Origin: Anaerolineae bacterium UTCFX1
GTDB lineage: Bacteria; Chloroflexota; Anaerolineae; Anaerolineales; Villigracilaceae
Length of the DNA: 64,000 bases
Assembly (NCBI GenBank): GCA_002050275.1
Contig: MWTB01000027.1
Location: 17,225-81,224 of the forward strand
Direction: 5' to 3'
How positions within the stretch are numbered: the first letter of the stretch is position 1; each line of letters opens with the position of its first letter. The translations under genes and the position numbers were made by a program. Of the stretch, positions 38,041 to 46,738 are shown one piece after another. The notes beneath the pieces were generated by a model that was not told the DNA's origin, made no database searches, and saw only the letters and a list, made by a program, of their open reading frames with translations.

Positions 38041-38065
38041 CTTGCCGGGGCGCGTCCCCGGCAAG
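38041..38065 (+). other. Intercistronic GC-rich hairpin between ecfS and ecfT
   Basis: CTTGCCGGGG cgcgt CCCCGGCAAG, a perfect 10-bp stem with no T-tract after it. Confidence 0.6.
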
Positions 38066-38076
38066 CGAAATATAAC

Positions 38077-38934
38077 ATGCTCATTCCTTGGCGATACCGT
38101 AAACGCGAACGCTCTTTCATCCAGAGTTTTGATCCGCGCGCTTGGCTGATCTTTTATGTTTGCTTTCTGTTCTCCACGCTTACGTTCTGGGACGTTCGTT
38201 ACCTGATTCCCTTTCTAGCTTTTGCTGTCTTTACGCTGATCTCTTCGCGCATTCAATGGCGGGAGATTCGCCGTTCGTTTTTGTTTATTGTCGGATTTGT
38301 CTTTTTCTTTTCCATCATGACCTTTTTAACGGGGCGCGGCGGGGTGGAAGTGTATGCGGAAGAGCATCTTATCCGCCGTTTTGAAGCGTCTTTTTCCATC
38401 CTCGGATGGACGCCCGCGCTTGACATCACCGTCGAACGAATTTTCTTCGCTCTGAGTCAATTTACCCGCGTCGCCAGCATGGCGATCATGACCGTGTTGA
38501 TCCCTTTTTCTCTCAACCCTGCCTTATACGGCGTTACCTTCAAAGGATTGGGACTCAACGATAAATTTGCATACGCGATGGACCTGACCATGCGCTTCAT
38601 CCCCACGTTTGCGCGCGATTTTCAGTTGACGGTGGATGCGCAACGCGCGCGCGGCTATGAGTTGGAGCATTTTAGCGGCGGGCTGATCGAACAAGTTCGT
38701 AAGATGGGACCTATCTTCGTACCGGTCGTGATCCATGCGATCATCGGCAGCGAAGATATTATTGACGCGATGGATTTGCGCGCTTTTGGAATCGGGCCGC
38801 GCACATGGATTGATGTGCTGGAACGCAAAACGCGCGATCGAATTTTAATCTGGGTTGGTGTCATCCTGCTTGTCGGCTCGCTCGCCCTCGGCTTTACAGG
38901 ATATGGGATGTTCTGGGCGCCAACCGCCTTATAA
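38077..38934 (+). CDS. ecfT: ECF-transporter transmembrane (T) component, CbiQ/EcfT family
   Basis: Polytopic protein with coupling-helix motifs (RFIPTFARDFQLTVDAQRARG). Confidence 0.85.
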   Translation: MLIPWRYRKRERSFIQSFDPRAWLIFYVCFLFSTLTFWDVRYLIPFLAFAVFTLISSRIQWREIRRSFLFIVGFVFFFSIMTFLTGRGGVEVYAEEHLIRRFEASFSILGWTPALDITVERIFFALSQFTRVASMAIMTVLIPFSLNPALYGVTFKGLGLNDKFAYAMDLTMRFIPTFARDFQLTVDAQRARGYELEHFSGGLIEQVRKMGPIFVPVVIHAIIGSEDIIDAMDLRAFGIGPRTWIDVLERKTRDRILIWVGVILLVGSLALGFTGYGMFWAPTAL

Positions 38935-38955
38935 CGCTAGCTTTACAGTTAATGC

Positions 38956-38989
38956 GACATTCCGCCTTTGATAAACGGAATGTCTTTTT
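38956..38989 (+). terminator. Intrinsic terminator after ecfT
   Basis: GACATTCCG (11-nt loop) CGGAATGTC followed by TTTTT. Confidence 0.75.
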
Positions 38990-38991
38990 AT

Positions 38992-39843
38992 TTAATGATG
39001 GCGCTTGCGTTGATAGTCGGTATATAGCTCGCCCGCTTCGACCGCGGTTTGTAAATGATTCTCTTGCGGCGGGAATGTACAGGTGGCGTACTCGGTAAAA
39101 GAGCATGGCGGACTATAGGCTTTATTGAAATCAATAAAAACGTTCCCATTTTCATGCGGGTCGGTGTGGTGATAGCGCCCCGAAGGATAGGTGGACCGAT
39201 TGTTCGTCTCATCCATAAATTGGATGAACAGGCGGCGATCGGGCAATTCCTGCGCCATCAGTTCGCGTTGTTGACCGTTCAACTCGAACGATACATAACC
39301 ATGCATCTGCTCGTCGAGGATCGAGCCGAGGATATCGGGCATTTTGACGATCTGCGGCGTTTCATATTTCGTGTATGTAGCGGGGACTAGATATTCATCT
39401 TTCACCGCGTACCACTCGCGGGGCGGATAGACGTTTCTGTCTTCGCGGGTGTTATCCCACAAACGAATGCCCACACCTTTAGAACGGCGCACAACAACCA
39501 TGCGCATATTGTCGAACGTGATGAAGGATGGGACGTTCTCTTCGTCGGCGCTGAGCGCGGCAGATTTAGTCTCGACGCCGTTGATCTCGACCGGCAGGCT
39601 TGCTTCAATCTGGATGGCGACGTTGGAGCCGTCGAACTCAAACACGCCCAACTTTGCCGGCGCGCGCTTCGGAAGCAGAATATCCACGTCGGGCGCTGAA
39701 CCGACAATATTTTTGCCTTGACGAAGCCAGAATAATCCCGCTAGCGCGAGCCAGCCGTTCTCTCGCCGTAGGTTATCATCCATTTCTTCGCGCCACATAT
39801 ACACGTTCTTTAGATGTTTTTCACTTGTCATAGTAAGACTCAT
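38992..39843 (-). CDS. DUF1684-family protein
   Basis: WREEMDDNLRRENGWLALAGLFWL and the C-terminal YSPPCSFTEYATCTFPP pattern are typical of DUF1684. Confidence 0.8.
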   Translation of the reverse strand: MSLTMTSEKHLKNVYMWREEMDDNLRRENGWLALAGLFWLRQGKNIVGSAPDVDILLPKRAPAKLGVFEFDGSNVAIQIEASLPVEINGVETKSAALSADEENVPSFITFDNMRMVVVRRSKGVGIRLWDNTREDRNVYPPREWYAVKDEYLVPATYTKYETPQIVKMPDILGSILDEQMHGYVSFELNGQQRELMAQELPDRRLFIQFMDETNNRSTYPSGRYHHTDPHENGNVFIDFNKAYSPPCSFTEYATCTFPPQENHLQTAVEAGELYTDYQRKRHH

Positions 39844-39968
39844 TTCAGATCTATTGTTGATAAATTCCTGTTTATCGGGCGATTATACTAGACGCCGACA
39901 GGCATAGCGAGGGCGACCCTACGCCGGTTTCTGCGATGCGGGAATCGTATAACCCTTTGCTGCGCCTC

Positions 39969-41867
39969 TTAATCTTCCAACGTACTTAAATCGCCTTCGG
40001 GTAAGCCCTGCATTCTGGCTTTCAGTACGCGGCGCATGATCTTGCCAGAGCGCGTCTTGGGCAGTTTGTCGAGGAATTTCACCTCTTCCGGACGAGCGAT
40101 AGGACTGATGACTTTTGAGACATGCTGACGGAGTTCCTCGCTTAGCGCGTCGGAAGGGACGATGCCGGCGCGCAGCAAACAGAAGACGTGAATACCCGTC
40201 CCTTTAACCTCATGCGGCAAACCGATAGCCGCGGCTTCGGCGACGGCAGGATGACTGACCAGCGCCGATTCGATCTCTGCCGTTCCGAGCCGGTGCCCAG
40301 AGACGTTAATCACATCGTCTACGCGCCCGATGATCCAGTAATAACCGTCTGCGTCACGGCGAGCGGAATCCCCGGCGAGATATTTGCCCGGGAATTTAGA
40401 CCAATACTGGCTGACGTAACGCTCTGCGTCGCCGTAAATAGTGCGTAACATGGCGGGCCATGGTCGCGTGATAACGAGGTAGCCCTCGTCTCCGTCTTTC
40501 ACAGGTTCGCCGGCGTCGTTGAGAATCTCAGCCCGAATCCCAAAGAAAGGTTTTGTGCCGCTGCCTGGTTTGAGCGGCATAACTGGTGTGGGCGTGATCA
40601 TAAACATGCCCGTTTCGGTTTGCCACCAGGTATCCATCACCGGGCATCGTTCCTTGCCGATGACGCGGTGATACCACTTCCACGCTTCGGGGTTGATCGG
40701 TTCGCCGACGCTGCCGAGCAAACGCAACGACGAAAGATCGTGCTTGTTGGGCCAGGCTTCGCCGAAGCGCATCAAGCCGCGAATGGCGGTCGGGGCAGTG
40801 TAGAGAATTGTGATGCCGTAGCGTTCCACGCATTGCCACCAACGATTGGGATACGGGTAGGCGGGTCCGCCTTCGAACATGAAGGACGTGGCGCCGACCA
40901 GCAGGGGACCGTATACGATGTATGAGTGTCCCGTCACCCAGCCGGGATCGGCGGCACACCAGTAGCGGTCGCCGTCTTGCGCGTCGAAGACGTATTTAAG
41001 CGTGGAGTAAATACCGACCATGTAGCCGCCATGCACATGCAAAACGGCTTTCGGTTTACCGGTTGAGCCGCTGGTGTAAAGAATGTAAAGCGGATCTTCA
41101 GCATCCATTTCTTCGGTGGTGCATTTACCGTTGGCGATGGGAAGTTTTTCCATTTCGTGATACCAATGATCGCGGAGCGGATCCATTTCGATTTCGTGCC
41201 CGGTGCGGCGAATCACTAGCACGTTCTCCACTGACGGGCATTTTTTGACTGCTTCATCCACCGTGCGTTTGAGTTCAATGATCTTGCCGTTCAAGAAGTT
41301 GCCGTCTTGCGTGACGACCAATTTGGAATCGCTGTCTTCGATGCGCCCGCGCAGCGCGTCCGCTGAAAAGCCGCCGAAGACCACCGAATGCACCGCGCCG
41401 ATTTTGGCGCACGCCAGCATGGCAAACGCGATCTCAGGGATGCGTCCCATGTAGATGGTTACGCGGTCGCCTTTGCGCACGCCCATGGCTTTGATGATGT
41501 TCGCCATGCGCGTCACTTCGCGGTTCATCGCAAAATAGGAGAACGAGCGGGTTTCTCTGCCGTCTTCCGATTCCCAGATGAGCGCCAGTTGGTTTTTACG
41601 ATGCGTTTTTAAATGCCGGTCAATGCAATTATGGACGATATTTACTTTCCCGCCGGTGAACCATTTGTAGAAAGGTTTGTTTGAATCGTCGAGAACTTTA
41701 TCCCACTTCTTGAACCATTCAAGTTCCGAAGCCTCGTCCGCCCAAAAGCCCGTAAAATCTTTATCCGCTTTCTTCGCTAGCGCGTCCCAATCTTTTACGC
41801 GCGCCTGCGCCATAACCTGCTCAGATGGATAAAAGACCTCGCCTTCTAATTCCTTCTTCGTCGCCAT
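39969..41867 (-). CDS. acs: Acetyl-CoA synthetase (acetate--CoA ligase)
   Basis: [15 protein letters not shown]-binding motif, WWQTETG and [11 protein letters not shown]. Start set at ATG 41867 (AGGAG 6 nt upstream) rather than TTG 41873. Confidence 0.95.
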   Translation of the reverse strand: MATKKELEGEVFYPSEQVMAQARVKDWDALAKKADKDFTGFWADEASELEWFKKWDKVLDDSNKPFYKWFTGGKVNIVHNCIDRHLKTHRKNQLALIWESEDGRETRSFSYFAMNREVTRMANIIKAMGVRKGDRVTIYMGRIPEIAFAMLACAKIGAVHSVVFGGFSADALRGRIEDSDSKLVVTQDGNFLNGKIIELKRTVDEAVKKCPSVENVLVIRRTGHEIEMDPLRDHWYHEMEKLPIANGKCTTEEMDAEDPLYILYTSGSTGKPKAVLHVHGGYMVGIYSTLKYVFDAQDGDRYWCAADPGWVTGHSYIVYGPLLVGATSFMFEGGPAYPYPNRWWQCVERYGITILYTAPTAIRGLMRFGEAWPNKHDLSSLRLLGSVGEPINPEAWKWYHRVIGKERCPVMDTWWQTETGMFMITPTPVMPLKPGSGTKPFFGIRAEILNDAGEPVKDGDEGYLVITRPWPAMLRTIYGDAERYVSQYWSKFPGKYLAGDSARRDADGYYWIIGRVDDVINVSGHRLGTAEIESALVSHPAVAEAAAIGLPHEVKGTGIHVFCLLRAGIVPSDALSEELRQHVSKVISPIARPEEVKFLDKLPKTRSGKIMRRVLKARMQGLPEGDLSTLED

Positions 41868-42085
41868 GCGCAACTCCTACGTAAGTTAGAGATATTTTTC
41901 TATTCTAATACTATTTATCCGATATGTCACTCCGAGGCGATAAAGCCATGCTCGATACAAAAAAGTCTTTCGGACTTATTTTACTCCAGCCCCGAAGTGG
42001 CTTTTATGAACTGAAGTAGAGCTCGTACCCTACAGGTTAGCCTGCGCCGAGTGACGCGCAAAGAGTAATTCTCTCTTCTCTTAAT

Positions 42086-43366
42086 TCACCCCGTCCAATC
42101 TAAAATCTTGTGCCACGCGCCCGCAAATGGTAGAAACCACGGAAAACCGTTGTACAGCCCCAACGGTGCGGATGGAAAAGCAAATTTTGCAAACGGGTGT
42201 TCTTGGATGTTGCCTTTCAACAACGCTTCGGCGGTCGTCGCGCCTAAATACGTCGCCAACGCCACGCCATGCCCCGCGTAGCCCAGGGCGTAGAAAACCC
42301 CGTCCTCTTCGCCCACATGCGCCATATCGTCGAACGTAAAATCGAGGACGCCGCCCCACACATATTCGACTTTCGCGTCTTTCAACTGCGGGTAAACCCT
42401 CGTCATATCGTCGCGTAGAATTCTTCCGCTCTGTTCCAGCGTCCTTTTGTTTTCGGGGAAAAATGCCGCCCGTCCGCCGAAGATCAGGCGCTTATCCCAG
42501 AGACGAAAATAATTGAGAAAATTCTTGTAATCAAAGAGCATGCGCTCGTTTGGGATCAGTTCGCGCGCGACTTCATCCGGCAGCGTTTCAGTAGCGAGGA
42601 TATACGATCCGAGCGGAATGACCCTCCTTTGCAGTTTTTTGACGAGCGCTCCGGTATAACCGGACGTGCCCACTAGAACTTTCTCTGCGCTTAAATTTCC
42701 GCGCGCGGTTTGGAGGAAGAAACTGTTCTTGCCGCGCTCCAGTTTGATGACGCGCGCTCGCGCGCACAGCGTTGCCCCAGCCCGTTCCGCCGCGTCCGCC
42801 AGCCCCCGCGCGTATTGCGCCGGGTTTAACCCGCCGCTGACTTCGTCCAGCAAACCGCCAAAATATAGTTCGGAACCGATTTCCGCTCTCAACTCTTGCG
42901 GAGCGATTAATTTGGTCTCATAGTTGAATTCTTTTTGCATAAATTCAACGTCTTTTTTGAGCGCTTCAAAATGCTCAGGTTTATTGGCGAGCAAGATATG
43001 CCCGCGCCGCGCGAAACCGCAGTCAATATTTTCTTCTTTGACGATACGCTCGACCAAGTCTACTGCGTCTAACGAGCATTGAAATAATTCTCCAGCCAGT
43101 TCTCGCCCATACGTTTTAAGGACCGTTTGCATGGCGGGCTTTAAGCCGGTTAGCGTCATACCGCCGTTGCGTGAACTGGCTCCCCAGCCGATCGTCTCCG
43201 CTTCGAGTACGACAACATTTATGTTGTTTTTTGCCAGCGTCCGCGCCGCGCTCAACCCTGTAAACCCGCCTCCGATAATGGCAACGTCCGCTTTTTCAGG
43301 GATAGGCGTAAGAACGCTGTTGTCCGGCATGTGAACGGTGGTGTGCCAGTAAATTTGTCGCTGCAT
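42086..43366 (-). CDS. FAD-dependent oxidoreductase (DAO family)
   Basis: DVAIIGGGFTGLSAARTLA dinucleotide fold. The length and C-terminal pattern resemble glycine/D-amino-acid oxidase-like proteins. Confidence 0.85.
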   Translation of the reverse strand: MQRQIYWHTTVHMPDNSVLTPIPEKADVAIIGGGFTGLSAARTLAKNNINVVVLEAETIGWGASSRNGGMTLTGLKPAMQTVLKTYGRELAGELFQCSLDAVDLVERIVKEENIDCGFARRGHILLANKPEHFEALKKDVEFMQKEFNYETKLIAPQELRAEIGSELYFGGLLDEVSGGLNPAQYARGLADAAERAGATLCARARVIKLERGKNSFFLQTARGNLSAEKVLVGTSGYTGALVKKLQRRVIPLGSYILATETLPDEVARELIPNERMLFDYKNFLNYFRLWDKRLIFGGRAAFFPENKRTLEQSGRILRDDMTRVYPQLKDAKVEYVWGGVLDFTFDDMAHVGEEDGVFYALGYAGHGVALATYLGATTAEALLKGNIQEHPFAKFAFPSAPLGLYNGFPWFLPFAGAWHKILDWTG

Positions 43367-43381
43367 AAACGTCCTTCCTTT

Positions 43382-44182
43382 TCATGTGGATATTTCGCGC
43401 AGGAGTTCCCGCGCCTCGGTTTGGAGCCCCGCTGGCAGGTCTGGGGAGATGCGGCGCAGCGTGATTGCGGGCAGCGGGCTTTTCGTCTTCCTTAAGATGT
43501 GTTGGAGGAAATGGATCGTTTCTTCCGGCGAGGCTCCATATAGCGCAATCAATAAATCTCGCAGATCGGATTGCAATATGGCTGGCGACGCTTTAAAGAC
43601 CGGCTCGACGAGTTCGAAAATGGCTGGCAGGTTGTCGAAGTCTTCCGATTCGACCAGTGGAATGAGCGCTTGCACCCCGTTCGGCCACATGCGCTGACGT
43701 GTAGGATAGAGCCATTCCTTCACCAGCACAAGGAAAAGTTGCGGCGCTTCTTGGCGCAGGCGGGCAAGGCTGGTCGTCAGCAACGCGCTGCGCACGGATG
43801 GATCGCGTATAGCTTGCGTCCAAGCGGTGAGACGGGCGAGCAAGCGCTCTTCTTGCGGCGGGATGCGTCCGAGCAGGAACGCGGCGAGCAGACGCGTTTC
43901 CAGCCAGCCTTCATCCCAAAGCGCATCGGCGAGCGCTAACGCTTGTGTTGGGTCCGCCGCTATGGCTGAGCTGAGTTCCGCTTCGATTCTACGCAGGACG
44001 ACGACTGGAGTTCGGTAGGTGGGCAGGACGGACGATGGCGCGATGTCTTGACTTCGCAGTGTGCGATTGACGTAGAATTCAAGCAGCTCTTTCAGTTCGC
44101 GCAAGAAATCGTCGGGCTGATTGAATAGATCAGCCAGTTGCGCGGTCTGTTTTCGAAGACGAGCGAGGTCAATAGCGGGCAT
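43382..44182 (-). CDS. Hypothetical all-alpha (HEAT/AlkD-like) protein
   Basis: Leu/Ala-rich helical-repeat composition with a weak resemblance to DNA-alkylation-repair HEAT proteins. No SD upstream (the tract is C/T-rich). Confidence 0.5.
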   Translation of the reverse strand: MPAIDLARLRKQTAQLADLFNQPDDFLRELKELLEFYVNRTLRSQDIAPSSVLPTYRTPVVVLRRIEAELSSAIAADPTQALALADALWDEGWLETRLLAAFLLGRIPPQEERLLARLTAWTQAIRDPSVRSALLTTSLARLRQEAPQLFLVLVKEWLYPTRQRMWPNGVQALIPLVESEDFDNLPAIFELVEPVFKASPAILQSDLRDLLIALYGASPEETIHFLQHILRKTKSPLPAITLRRISPDLPAGLQTEARELLREIST

Positions 44183-44196
44183 GAGGAGGGGGCAAG

Positions 44197-44256
44197 TATC
44201 AGGTCTTAGGTATCAAGTATCAGGTATCAGGTTGATAGCTGCTCCTGATACCTGAT
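44197..44256. repeat. Heptanucleotide tandem repeat (TATCAGG)x5 plus two inverted copies that form a 10-bp hairpin
   Basis: The run reads TATCAGG TCTTAGG TATCAAG TATCAGG TATCAGG, then a 12-nt spacer, then CCTGATA CCTGAT. AGGTATCAGG (44222-44231) pairs with CCTGATACCT (44244-44253). Confidence 0.8.
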
Positions 44257-44274
44257 CTCTAAAAACCTGACGCT

Positions 44275-45714
44275 TTAATACGCTTTAGCAAAATACACTT
44301 TGCGTTTGCTGGCTTTTTCGCAAACGACGCATTTGCCTTCTTGATTTGGTTGATCGAAGGGGATATTGCGCGTGGTGGCTTTGGTCTCTTCTTTGACTTT
44401 CTTTTCGCATTCGGTTGATTCGCACCAGTAGGCGAACGCCCATCCGTCTTGAACGACTTTCTGCAATTCTTCGTACGTCTCTACGGGATGGATGTTTGCG
44501 TCGCGGTATTCGACGGCGCGTTGCAAAAGCGAATCCTGCACGTCGTCGAGCAAGACGCTGACAGTTTGCGCGATTCCTTCTTGCGAGACGAAGACCTTGC
44601 CTTCTTTGCCGGGTTTATCGCGGCGCGCTAACGCCACGGTCCCTTTTTCCACGTCTTTGGGACCAATCTCCACGCGGACGGGAACGCCGCGCATTTCCCA
44701 ATCGTTGAATTTGAATCCGCTGGAGACGTTGTCGCGGTCGTCAAATTTGACGCGAACGCCGGCGGCTTTCAAATCTAGGAAGAGGCGGTCGGCGACTTCC
44801 ATCACTTTATTTTTTTCCTCGTCGTTTTTGTAGATCGGCACAACGACCGCTTGAGTCGGCGCGAGTCGCGGAGGCAGGACGAGTCCTTTATCGTCGCCAT
44901 GCACCATGATCATCGCGCCGATGATGCGCGACGAGATCGCCCATGAGGTTGTTTGAGCGAAAGTCAATTTATTATCTTTGTTCAAGAACTGAATGTCGAA
45001 GGCTTTGGAAAAATTCTCGCCAAAATAATGCGACGTTCCCGATTGTAACGCGCGCTTATCCCACATCATCGCTTCAATGGACGTGGTGATCTGCGCGCCG
45101 GCGAAGCGCTCGGTTTCGCTCTTTGTGCCTTTCAACACAGGGATAGCCGCTTGCTCGTAACAAAAACGTTCGTAAATGTCGAGGATGCGATACATCTCTT
45201 CTTTGGCTTCTTGTTCGTCCGCGTGCGCGGTATGTCCTTCGTGCCAATAAAATTCCGCCGTGCGTAAAAAGAGTTTTGTGCGCAATTCCCAACGCATGAC
45301 CGAACCCCATTGCACAATCAACAGCGGAAGATCGCGCCACGACTTAACCCATTTGGAATACATATGCCCGATGATGGTTTCAGACGTGGGGCGCACCGCG
45401 AGTTTTTCTTCCAACTCTGCGCCGCCGCCATGCGTAACGACCGCCAACTCCGGCGCAAATCCCTCGACGTGTTCTTTTTCTTTTTCAAAGAACGACATCG
45501 GAATTAATGTCGGAAACGCCGCGTTGACGTGACCAGTTTTCTTGAACTCCGCGTCTAGCCAATCGCAAATATTTTCCCAGAGCGCCCAGCCGTAAGGCTT
45601 GACGACCATACATCCGCGCACGGGGGCGTAGTCCGCCAAATCTGCGCGTACGACCAATTGGTTGTACCATTCTGAAAAATCTTCCGCGCGGGTGGGTAAT
45701 TTATCTTCTGCCAT
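44275..45714 (-). CDS. proS: Proline--tRNA ligase (archaeal/eukaryote-like type)
   Basis: The N-terminus F.EWY..L...A.L.DY.PVRGCMV..P.G...WE is typical of the short ProRS type. The C-terminal Zn-like CESTEC...CVVC is present. Confidence 0.93.
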   Translation of the reverse strand: MAEDKLPTRAEDFSEWYNQLVVRADLADYAPVRGCMVVKPYGWALWENICDWLDAEFKKTGHVNAAFPTLIPMSFFEKEKEHVEGFAPELAVVTHGGGAELEEKLAVRPTSETIIGHMYSKWVKSWRDLPLLIVQWGSVMRWELRTKLFLRTAEFYWHEGHTAHADEQEAKEEMYRILDIYERFCYEQAAIPVLKGTKSETERFAGAQITTSIEAMMWDKRALQSGTSHYFGENFSKAFDIQFLNKDNKLTFAQTTSWAISSRIIGAMIMVHGDDKGLVLPPRLAPTQAVVVPIYKNDEEKNKVMEVADRLFLDLKAAGVRVKFDDRDNVSSGFKFNDWEMRGVPVRVEIGPKDVEKGTVALARRDKPGKEGKVFVSQEGIAQTVSVLLDDVQDSLLQRAVEYRDANIHPVETYEELQKVVQDGWAFAYWCESTECEKKVKEETKATTRNIPFDQPNQEGKCVVCEKASKRKVYFAKAY

Positions 45715-45730
45715 TTTTCCTCTTTGATGT

Positions 45731-46261
45731 TCAATCTTCCAGATTTTTTACCGCCTCGTTCGCGTCGTTTACAAAAGACAATAACTCGCGTTGAGGGGCG
45801 GACATATAACTTCCTAGCGCGTCGAAAAAGCGGTCGAATGTGGAACGCCAGCCCTGCCCGATTAAAATTAATGGTCGGCGGGGGAGAGCTTCGACGATCA
45901 TGAGATTCCACATGGACGTAATTTCGGTCAACGTGCCTGCGCCGCCGGGCAATGCCATCGCTGCATCGCAGCCCTCGATCAGCGCTTGGATGCGTTCGGG
46001 GAGCGTTTGGAAGCGCCGCTCTTCCTGCACCCAGCCGTTCGCTTTGGTCGGACGCCACGCTTCAATATCGCCGCACGTTACGCCGATGACGCGCCCGCCG
46101 GCTTCGCTTGCGCCGCGCGAAACCGCCTCCATAACGCCCATGTAACCGCCGGTCAATACGGCGTGTCCGCGTTGGGCGAGGAGCGCGCCCAACGTGCGCG
46201 CTTCTTCATAAGCAGGAGAATCCGGTGCAGGTCGCGATCCACCAAATACCGATATGTTCAT
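45731..46261 (-). CDS. LOG/TIGR00730-family Rossmann protein (nucleotide 5'-monophosphate phosphoribohydrolase-like)
   Basis: GGYMGVMEA and the ALPGGAGTLTE (PGGxGTxxE) motif. Its start forms an ATGA overlap with the upstream gene. Confidence 0.85.
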   Translation of the reverse strand: MNISVFGGSRPAPDSPAYEEARTLGALLAQRGHAVLTGGYMGVMEAVSRGASEAGGRVIGVTCGDIEAWRPTKANGWVQEERRFQTLPERIQALIEGCDAAMALPGGAGTLTEITSMWNLMIVEALPRRPLILIGQGWRSTFDRFFDALGSYMSAPQRELLSFVNDANEAVKNLED

Positions 46262-46575
46262 TGGTCAACATCCCATCGTCGCGTTTTATTTTTTTCGATC
46301 TTCTTCAATACCGCGTCTTCTAAATCAATTCCAGAAACGGACGCCAACTGTAAAAGATATAACATCACATCCGCAAGTTCGGCGCCCAACTCGTCGCGAG
46401 CTGCGATCGCGTCGGTGAATTGGAAGTGCTCCAAAATTTCCGCCGCTTCAATCGAAAGCGATATCGCCAAATTGCGCGGAGTTTGCGGACGTTTGCTGCC
46501 CGGCGCATACCAGCCTTTCGACGTTACCAGCGTGTGCATGCGTTCTGTCAATTCTTTGATTGTTAAATTGGTCAT
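46258..46575 (-). CDS. Small MazG-like nucleotide pyrophosphohydrolase
   Basis: SIEAAEILEHFQF and ELADVMLYLLQLA form the EExxE/D metal-binding helix pair of single-domain MazG/YpjD-like proteins. Start set at ATG 46575. The longer 136-aa track ORF would be translated through a terminator hairpin. Confidence 0.8.
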   Translation of the reverse strand: MTNLTIKELTERMHTLVTSKGWYAPGSKRPQTPRNLAISLSIEAAEILEHFQFTDAIAARDELGAELADVMLYLLQLASVSGIDLEDAVLKKIEKNKTRRWDVDQ

Positions 46576-46591
46576 GGTTGTGCTATCCGAT

Positions 46592-46628
46592 AAAAAAAGA
46601 AACGGCTCGCCGAGTCTGGGAGCCGTTT
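46592..46628 (-). terminator. Intrinsic terminator inside the 5' leader of the mazG-like/LOG/proS operon
   Basis: Minus-strand RNA reads AAACGGCUC (11-nt loop) GAGCCGUUU C UUUUUUU and ends 16 nt before ATG 46575. Confidence 0.75.
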
Positions 46629-46709
46629 GGACGCGCTTAAGCGAACCTAACCAGACTGGCAGGAACAACTCGCTGTAGGGGACGGGTTGGAACGCAGAGA
46701 CATTCGCTG

Positions 46710-46738
46710 ATTATAAGGGTAAAATTGATTTTATGCAA
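46710..46738 (-). promoter_or_regulatory. Sigma-70-type promoter driving the leader
   Basis: On the minus strand: TTGCAT (46738-46733), a 17-nt spacer, then TATAAT (46715-46710). The -35 overlaps the divergent cca start codon. Confidence 0.6.

Noticed and set aside
41874-42085. A 31-aa ORF (ATG 41924) and a possible sRNA in the 212-nt spacer upstream of acs
   Set aside because: There is no SD, the peptide has no conserved-looking features, and there is no promoter-plus-terminator pair. The region most likely just holds the acs promoter.
44197-44256. The heptamer repeat as a CRISPR array or a minisatellite within a gene
   Set aside because: The unit length is 7 nt with no spacers, and the total length is about 60 nt. 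The tract is intergenic and there are no cas genes in the window.
46258-46668. The 136-aa form of the MazG-like protein starting at ATG 46668
   Set aside because: The extra 31 residues (MFLPVWLGSLKRVQTAPRLGEPFLFLSDSTT) have no homology features. The coding sequence would run through a 9-bp-stem/U7 terminator. Single-domain MazG proteins typically start close to the MTNLTIKEL position.
44183-46732. A T-box leader controlling proS
   Set aside because: proS is the third gene of the operon. The only structured leader (46576-46703) is about 125 nt. It lacks an obvious specifier-loop and T-box sequence arrangement, and it is too short for a T-box.
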